Part shown: one piece after another, positions 9,619 to 16,833 of the stretch | How positions within the stretch are numbered: the stretch's first letter is position 1 | Layout of the letters: each line of letters begins with the position of its first letter | Source of the DNA: Octopus sinensis | Lineage: Eukaryota | Direction of reading: 5' to 3' | Length of the DNA stretch: 16,833 bases | Assembly (NCBI RefSeq): GCF_006345805.1 | Contig: NW_021824982.1 | Span: 1 to 16,833, forward strand | The notes under the pieces: model-generated | Database searches by the model: none | What the model was told of the DNA's origin: nothing | The model's input: the letters and a program-made list of their open reading frames with translations, nothing else | Translations under genes and position numbers: made by a program

Positions 9619-10210
9619 ATGAAGAGTGCCGTTATCTCCAAGAAAAAAAAAAGGTAAAAACATGATATGGAATAGGTTCTTTTCCTTTGGCTTGAACGGC
9701 AAACACGTGGCTTATCTCCACAAGCCACGTGGTAATTCAAGAGAAAATGCTTTCGTTGTACATCGACCTTAAGAAGGAGTCCTCACAAACTATGTGAAAG
9801 AAAATTTCAAGGCCAATAAGGATGTTTTATAGATTCAAGCTACAACGCCATTTTCATAACATCAACGTCGAAGGTGAAAATGCATCCGTGGGCGCCATTT
9901 TGGTGAATATTATTCAAGAGAACATTTCTATTCCCCAGCAAAGTTTTAATGAAGATGAGACAGGGCTTTTTCTGGAAAATAATTCAAGAGCAGATTTTCA
10001 TAGGTATCGCTTCAATTTAAATGGATGTCAAACATCAAGGCTTGAGAGACTGTCGTAATTTTTGAAGATTAGTTTTTCAGCCATTTTGTTCCAGTAATCA
10101 AGAAGAACTGTAAAAAGAAGGCGGCCATATTGGTGCATGTTCTTGTCTATTTTCCACAGAGTTGTCAATCACTGCTTTGAGGTTGTTATCAATTCCCATT
10201 CAAGCTACAA
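9619..10210 (+). mobile_element. Tigger/pogo-type (CENP-B HTH plus DDE_1) transposase relic with several internal deletions
   Basis: Frame-broken translation: KSAVISKK...DME*VLFLWLERQ...VIQEKMLSLYIDLKK...FKANKG.FYRFKLQRHFHNINVEGE...IIQE...PQQSFNEDETGLF(WK), with DETG at 9954-9965, then IFED*FFSHFVPVIKKNC...VYFP...VVINS.FK. Confidence 0.88.
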
Positions 10211-10224
10211 TGATTTCCTATTTA

Positions 10225-10345
10225 AATGCCTGTCCAGTTACAACCCACAATCTTAATAAAGGAAGAATGAATCGAAGGATGTGATACATTTAATTATGGG
10301 TCTTGCTGCATTACGGCTTACTGGGGGTTAAACAACAACAGTAAC
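10225..10345 (+). mobile_element. Old SINE 3'-tail remnant ending in GGGGGTTAAACAACAAC
   Basis: Weak similarity to 9370-9505, with an (AAC)n-like end. Confidence 0.3.
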
Positions 10346-10678
10346 AACACACTTTTTATAATCGTGTTTAGCGAAAGTGTGACAGTGATACGGTTAATAA
10401 TAATGAAAAGTTCAACGAACAGTGCAGCAAGGGCGGGTAAAGGAGCGGTCCGCCACGAGCGACGCTCTCATGGGGACTATAGATTTGGGTCTGTTGTACA
10501 AGCGTGTATAAGTTTAAGGGCCCAGGAGGCGCAGTACACCCAGACGGTGCCCCGAGTGGCCACTGGCTTCGACAAGATAACAAATGCTAAATGCTACATG
10601 GAAAACCTGTTTCAGATGTAGACAGTTTTAGCGCCAGACACCGTTCTGTTGTCACAGTGAAATTGACCAATCATATTA

Positions 10679-11068
10679 GTTTGAAATTTTGATACAAGGC
10701 CAGCAATTTCGGGAAAAAAAGGAGGAAAGTCGATTATTTCGACCCCAGGGGTATTTATTTTATCAACCTCCGAAAGGGTGAATGGCAAAATCGACCACGG
10801 CGGAATTTGAACTCAGAATGTAAAGACAAACGAAATACCTATTTCTTTACTACCCACAAGGGGCTAAACACAGAGGGGACAAACAAGGACAGGCAAACGG
10901 ATTAAGCCGATTATATCGACCCCAGTGCGTAACTGGTACTTATTTAATCGACCCCGACAGGATGAAAGGCAAAGTCGATCTCGGCGGAATTTGAACTCAG
11001 AACGTAACGGCAGACGAAATACCGGTAAGCATTTTGACTGGCTAGCCATTCTACCAGTTCACCGCCCT
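10679..11068 (-). mobile_element. Dimeric tRNA-derived SINE (family A) flanked by a perfect 19-bp TSD
   Basis: Two units, each with the B box GAGTTCAAATTCC, joined by a 64-bp linker (10840-10903). AAATTGACCAATCATATTA occurs at both 10660-10678 and 11069-11087. Confidence 0.93.
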
Positions 11069-11544
11069 AAATTGACCAATCATATTAAGAGACGACACTC
11101 AAATAGTAGTTAAGAACTCAATAAAGTTTGCTCGATGATTGTTAAACAGGAAGTAACTGCGGAAGAAAAATTCAGCTTCTAAAATTCTTGGCTCTCGCAA
11201 TCCAATAGGCGAAGCAAGAGAAAAAAAGAAAAAATGTATGATGAATGATATAAGCAGTTGTTTTTAGACTGGCGGCGGTGGAGTTGATGATTGCGTTTGT
11301 TACGTCATTATTCCCATGATCGGCTGCTGACTACTACAAAACGTATCGAGAACGCGCCGTCGCCGTCAACTCATTCAGAAGATAAGGAAGGAAGGTAGGT
11401 CTGGAATCATTAATGTCTATAACACTATCAATGCTGAAATCCAAACATTAAGAAGTACAAAGGAAAACGAAGAAAAAAAAAAAGACAAAAAAATTCAACT
11501 TAAACACAGTCGTGTCTTCGTGTCTTCAATTCTACATTACACAC

Positions 11545-11689
11545 GCGCGCACGCGCACACAAGCATATGTATTAGATAACTATGTAAGCATATATGTATA
11601 TATGTATGCATACATACACACACATACATACATACACACATACATACATACATACATACATACATACATACATACATACATACGTACAT

Positions 11690-11722
<33 letters not shown>

Positions 11723-11758
11723 CACACATATATGAGGTAACTATGTATGTATGCATCT

Positions 11759-11809
<51 letters not shown>

Positions 11810-11818
11810 CATACATAC

Positions 11819-11853
<35 letters not shown>

Positions 11854-12045
11854 TATATCTATATATATATATATATATGTATATCAATATAGATAGATAG
11901 ATAGATAGATGCATGTATGCGTATATGTCTGCATGTGAGTATGTACATATCTATATGTGTGTCTGTGTGTGTATGTATATATGTAAGCATACCTCTATAG
12001 TATACATGTACGTATGTGCAAACACACATACACACATATATAGAC
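11545..12045. repeat. Compound (TA)n/(TACA)n/(CA)n/(GATA)n microsatellite
   Basis: Directly visible. Confidence 0.93.
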
Positions 12046-12261
12046 TGGAGAGTGACAGAAAGAGTGAGCGAATGTGTGTTTTGCTTAGTTAACATAGACC
12101 ATTATTAATCATTGAGTTGGAAGCTGGAAGCTGCTATCTCGAAATTTTTTTTTTTTTCATTAAAAAAAAAACCCCAACAAAATCAAAGCAAAATACAAAG
12201 TAAAAATATAAAATAAGCTAAAATGATATACCACATAAGATGTCTGCTAAAATGATGGCAT

Positions 12262-12279
12262 ACATATATACATACATAT

Positions 12280-12329
<50 letters not shown>

Positions 12330-12330
12330 A
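12262..12330. repeat. (TA)n microsatellite
   Basis: Directly visible. Confidence 0.93.
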
Positions 12331-12968
12331 ACAGTAAGCACAAAATGGCGATGTTTATAGAGATAAGAGTAAAGTATATTGGCTGAATGTGAAATATATG
12401 CGAGAAGACGTGACAAAAGGAAATATTTATGCTCGGAGATTTTAAGAGGATTATGTATGGATGTGTGTAAGGGACCAGTTCCTAAAAGACATGAAACGGT
12501 TTTGCTCTGATTAAAATATAGTTTGTCTCATTGATTTCGCATTATATTAGGTGTTTTTTATACGTTTGTTTGTTGATTCATGTAGGTTTTTTTCAGTGTG
12601 TTTGAAAGTGTATTTTTTCGCTGGGGATAGGGTGGGGCAGAGGGAAGGGTGTGTGTGTGTTTTTTATTTATTTATTTATATCGAAAATGGAAGGTTAGTA
12701 TTTGAGAAGAAAACCAAAAAATAAAGAAAGAAAAAAAAATTGAGTGCATTAGGTAAAAGGGTTGATGGTGTGTGTATGAATGAAGTGAAAAATAAATTGG
12801 TGAATAGGCTGGAAAAAGAAAGAAAAAAAGGAAGAAAAAAAAACAAAAACAAAAACGAAGAGAAAGAAAGAGAGAGGAATGAGGAATGATGATGAAAGAG
12901 TTTGCGGACGAGGAGTTAAGCGAGTATCAGAAATTTGGAATTAGTTCCGTCAGGTGAGTTTTGCTTTT

Positions 12969-12971
<3 letters not shown>

Positions 12972-13047
<76 letters not shown>

Positions 13048-13136
13048 TTGTTGTGTGTGTGTGTGTGTGTGTGTGTGCGTGCGTGCGTGCGTGTATGTGT
13101 GTGTGTGTGTATAATGTATATATTTATGTACATATA

Positions 13137-13168
<32 letters not shown>

Positions 13169-13212
13169 CCGGAGTAAACACATAAATGTGAAACAAGATA
13201 TATATATCTATC

Positions 13213-13247
<35 letters not shown>

Positions 13248-13262
13248 TATATATTATATATG

Positions 13263-13320
<58 letters not shown>

Positions 13321-13367
13321 TACATACAATATATTGATTATATATATGTAATATATATGTATGTATG

Positions 13368-13424
<57 letters not shown>

Positions 13425-13490
13425 ATATATACATACATACAATATATTGATTTTATATATATGTATATGCATATACGTATATACACAGTG
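12972..13490. repeat. (TG)n followed by a long degenerate (TA)n tract
   Basis: Directly visible. Confidence 0.95.
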
Positions 13491-13954
13491 TATTTACCTA
13501 TATATTCTTTCTGTATACAGACACATACCAACATCGTCCATCACATTCCATGCAGGTAGGCATATTTGGTGCATCGACTCAAGCGTAAACGCGCTGATAG
13601 GTAAGCACTTGGTGCCTGATGTTACAGTATGAACGGGGAAACCGTCAACCTCATTTGCCATTTCTCATTCATTAAGTTTTTGTTATATTCCAACAGTGTC
13701 GTTAGTCTTTCTTTCCAGACTTCATCGACGTAAATAATTTGTTTTTTATACACACATAAATTTCACCATTGGAAGCCATTCAAAATGTCTAATAAATTCA
13801 ATAATAAATATAAATCTACTGAGTCCTCTATTCAACCAACGCTTATCGTTTTTCTGTATTAAAAATAAAACAACTTTAGAAACAGAAAAAAAAACTTTAA
13901 TTTCAATAAATCAAGGATTTATTTTGTTTGGTATTTAATATATATTTATTGGAA

Positions 13955-14117
13955 GGTTGCGAGTTGGCAGAATCGTTAGCATGCCGGACAAAACGATTAG
14001 CGATATTTTGTCCGTCCTTAGGTTCTGAATTCAAAATTCCACCAAGGTCGATTTTGCCTGGGCTCGATCCTTCCACTTAACCCTTCTTCTAAAATTGCTG
14101 ATCTTCTAGCAAGATTT
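13955..14117 (+). mobile_element. Family A SINE monomer with internal deletion
   Basis: GGTTGCGAGTTGGCAGAATCGTTAGC head and a decayed B box (GAATTCAAAATTCC). It lacks about 40 bp spanning the first of the two GGGGTCGAT repeats, and its 3' end abuts the next element. Confidence 0.8.
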
Positions 14118-14501
14118 GGCAGCGAGCTGGCAGAAACGTTAGCACGCTGGACGAAATAGCTAGCGGTATTTCGCCTGTCGCTACGTTCTGAGTTCAAATT
14201 CCGTCGAGGTCGATTTTGTCTTTCATCCTTTCTGGGTCGATAAATTAAGTACCAGTTACGCACTGGGGGTCGATGTAATCTACTTAATCCGTTTGTCTGT
14301 CCTTGTTTGTCCTCTCTGTGTTTAGCCCCTTGTGGGTAATAAAGAAATAGGTATTTCGCCTGTCTCTACGTTCTGAGTTCAAATTCCGCTGGGGTCGAGT
14401 TTGCCTGTTATCTTTTCGGGGTCGATAAATTAAGTACCAGTGAAATTCTTGGGTCGATGTAATCGGCTAGTCCCCTCCCCCCAAATTTCAGGCTTTGTGC
14501 C
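14118..14501 (+). mobile_element. Dimeric family A SINE
   Basis: Same architecture as 10679-11068: unit 1, then a 64-bp linker (14286-14349), then unit 2 starting at GGTATTTCG. Confidence 0.92.
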
Positions 14502-14611
14502 CCTCTCCCCTTCCCCTTCCTTCCCTTTCTCTCTCTGTCTGTCTAATTGTCTGTATGTCTCTGTCTCTCTCTCTCTCACTCTCATCATCTCTATATCTCT
14601 TTGCCTCTGTC

Positions 14612-14684
<73 letters not shown>

Positions 14685-14690
14685 CCTCCA
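14502..14690. repeat. (CT)n/(CTGT)n microsatellite
   Basis: Directly visible. Confidence 0.93.
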
Positions 14691-14809
14691 CTATTTCATC
14701 CCGTTCATAACGTGGTGACCTGACATTGCAACAAGGTATGTTCCATAATTCATGGCGACCGAATCGATGGTTGCCACTCAGACCGAACGAATTAATCCAA
14801 ACACACGTG

Positions 14810-15385
14810 ACTGTGCTTACACACAAGCAACACAAGCACACGAACACACATACACACATACACACATACACACGTACAATCATACGCAAACATACACACA
14901 CGCGCACATAGGCCATAGACATAAATGGATAAAAAAAACTAACACCACACACACACACACATACACACACACACATACACACACAGCTCATAGACATAAA
15001 CACACAAAGAAAAACACACACACATACACCACACATACTTCACACACACATCTGTGCGTACACACAAATACACACTTACACACACACACACGCGTAGGCA
15101 CGCACGCACATACACCGTGCACACATACACAAGCACATACAAAAATGCACATACACGGACGCACACATACACAAGCCCACAAACATATACACACACACAT
15201 ATATACATGCATAAACACATAAACAAACATGCACACGCCCACACATACACACACACACACAGACAATACACACACACATGCGAGCGAGTTCTTATACACA
15301 CGGGAAAAAAACTTGCGTATTCATACACAGATACGTGCGCATACACATACGTACACACATACACAAACATACACATACGCATACA
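14810..15385. repeat. Degenerate (CA)n-rich tract
   Basis: Directly visible. It is the source of the HT/CV-rich ORFs. Confidence 0.92.
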
Positions 15386-15399
15386 TCCGTTTTCACTTC

Positions 15400-15675
15400 C
15401 CCCTCTGCTCCACTCACTTTCCTCGACCTCCCTCCCGCTCTCCCTCCGTCTCTCTTTACCTCTCTCCCTCCACCCCCTCTCTCTCTCTCTCTCTCTCTCT
15501 CTCCGTCCCTCCCATCACTCTATTCCCATTACATGCGTTTTATAACCACATCTGACAATCAGAGTGATTTCTGACGAGAGATCAGTTCAAAGGGATTTGT
15601 TTCCCCCATATCCCTCTCCTACCACCCCTCTCTCCCTTTTCCTCTCTCTCCTCCTCTCCCCTTCTCTATCTCTCC

Positions 15676-15709
<34 letters not shown>

Positions 15710-15832
15710 TCTCTCTGAAATACATCCCAACAACAACAAACAAACAAACTGCAAAGCCCAGTATTAGAACAAGCAAACAAGCCCAGCATTACAACAACAA
15801 TAAAACAACACCAACAGCAACAAATGCAACAA
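15400..15832. repeat. (CT)n-rich tracts and a degenerate (AAC)n
   Basis: Directly visible. Confidence 0.85.
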
Positions 15833-15939
15833 GTGATACTACGGTGAATCAACGAGGAACCTTTAAAGCATACTCCCTCGGTGTGCTAGAAATAGCTGTC
15901 AAAATCTCCGTGTTGCATCCTATGCGGACGCGTGTTACT

Positions 15940-16098
15940 GTTGATCCGATCAACGAAACAACCTGCTCGTGAAATGAACGTGCAATTGGCTGAGCACTCC
16001 GCAGACACGTGTAACCCTTAACGTGGTTCTCAGTGAGAGTTGAATGTGACATGGCTGGCCCTTTGATTTCAAATACAGGGGCAACTCATTTTTGCCAG
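15940..16098 (-). mobile_element. Family B SINE 3' fragment
   Basis: Colinear with 8014-8180 (GTTGATCCGATCAAC...GGCTGAGCACTCC...TGATTTCAAATACAGG...ACTCATTTTT.CCAG). Confidence 0.88.
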
Positions 16099-16181
16099 GT
16101 AAGCACACATTTTTGCATAGGTGCAACTCATTTTTGCCAGGTGACTGCACACATATACAAACACACAAACATATACACATA

Positions 16182-16378
16182 GGCGCAGGAGTGGCTGTGT
16201 GGTAAGTAGCTTGCTTACAAACCACATGGCTCCGGGTTTAGTCCCACTGCGTAGCACCTTGGGCAAGTGTCTTCTACTATAGCTTCGGGCCGACCAAAGC
16301 CTTGTGAGTGGATTTGGTAAACGGAAACTGAAAGAAGCCTGTCGTATATGTATATATATATGTGTGTGTGTGTGTGTT
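16182..16378 (+). mobile_element. tRNA-derived CORE-type SINE (family C) running into (TA)n/(TG)n
   Basis: A box TGGCTGTGTGG (16192-16202), B-box-like GGTTTAGTCCC (16235-16245) and CORE motif CACCTTGGGCAAGTGTCTT (16255-16273). Confidence 0.88.
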
Positions 16379-16592
16379 TTACCATTTTTTTAATGGTAAA
16401 ACAGTGAAACCGGTAAGTGAATAACCACCTTTTAAAATTGCATTTTCAAACCTTCTTTCATATACATATACATATACATATATATGTATATATACAAATA
16501 CATGTACATAAATTGAAATAAGAGCGAAACTGCTCTAACGCTGTAGTTAACGCGCATGAATGAAAACACATACCCTAACAGGGAGGATAATC

Positions 16593-16695
16593 GTACGAAA
16601 AGTGCCGATCGAGAATTCTTAATATTGACGTCAGTTTCGGCAATTTCCGTTGCCTCATCACTTAAGACCGCTCGATTGTTCGGCTCTTTCCGGAC
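16593..16695 (-). ncRNA. Type I hammerhead ribozyme fold with two point defects
   Basis: Minus strand reads TCTTAA-GTGATGA-GGCAA-CGGAAA-TTGCC-GAAA-CTGACGTCAA-TA-TTAAGA. Helix I is a perfect 6 bp and is extended by further stems out to 16593/16695. Helix II is 5 bp with a 6-nt loop. Helix III is a 12-nt palindrome with one mismatch. The core deviates at C3 (now G) and position 16.2 (now A). Confidence 0.78.
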
Positions 16696-16833
16696 TCGCT
16701 TTGCTATTAGTATTTATGTTTTCGTCATCCAAATTACCGGATGATTTAGCGATTCGCTAAAATTAATATAAACACCAGTTTGCAATGTTTCGTTAAAAAG
16801 CAATATCTCAAAGAATATTAATAATAAACGCCA

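Noticed and set aside
9484-9702. Minus-strand acidic ORF (…DRNEDIEEESKMSEK…) with an upstream T tract resembling an exon
   Set aside because: The acceptor would be a weak GAG with no good donor, and the T tract is the antisense of the Tigger ISKK lysine codons.
13676-13740. Possible 11- or 33-nt microexon after pyrimidine-rich acceptors
   Set aside because: The donor (GAC|GTAAAT) is weak and no neighbouring exons support it.
11512-15574. YI/HT/CV-repeat ORFs
   Set aside because: They are translations of dinucleotide microsatellites.
15571-15600. CTGACGA as a hammerhead core
   Set aside because: No helix II closed by GAAA.
16626-16633. Perfect CRE palindrome TGACGTCA
   Set aside because: It is better explained as the palindromic helix III of the hammerhead fold, though a secondary regulatory role cannot be excluded.

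Overview
AT-rich, microsatellite-dense metazoan genomic DNA (intronic or intergenic), most likely octopus/cephalopod. That assignment is inferred from the SINE families, which I recall but have not searched. No intact host protein-coding gene is recognisable, and nearly all long ORFs in the track are simple repeats read through without stops. The window is a stack of transposon relics: a degenerate, internally deleted Ty3/Gypsy (K02A2.6-like) pol at 2826-3735; a minus-strand mariner relic at 8473-9311 whose two halves appear to come from different mariner lineages; a Tigger/pogo transposase relic at 9619-10210; and three tRNA-derived SINE families, including a recurrent head-to-tail dimer, one copy of which has a perfect 19-bp target-site duplication. 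The most interesting signal is two degenerate type I hammerhead-ribozyme folds on the minus strand. One is a minimal Penelope-type motif at 166-202. The other, at 16593-16695, has a palindromic helix III and a roughly 25-bp interrupted helix I, and sits in a hairpin-rich region that runs off the window edge.
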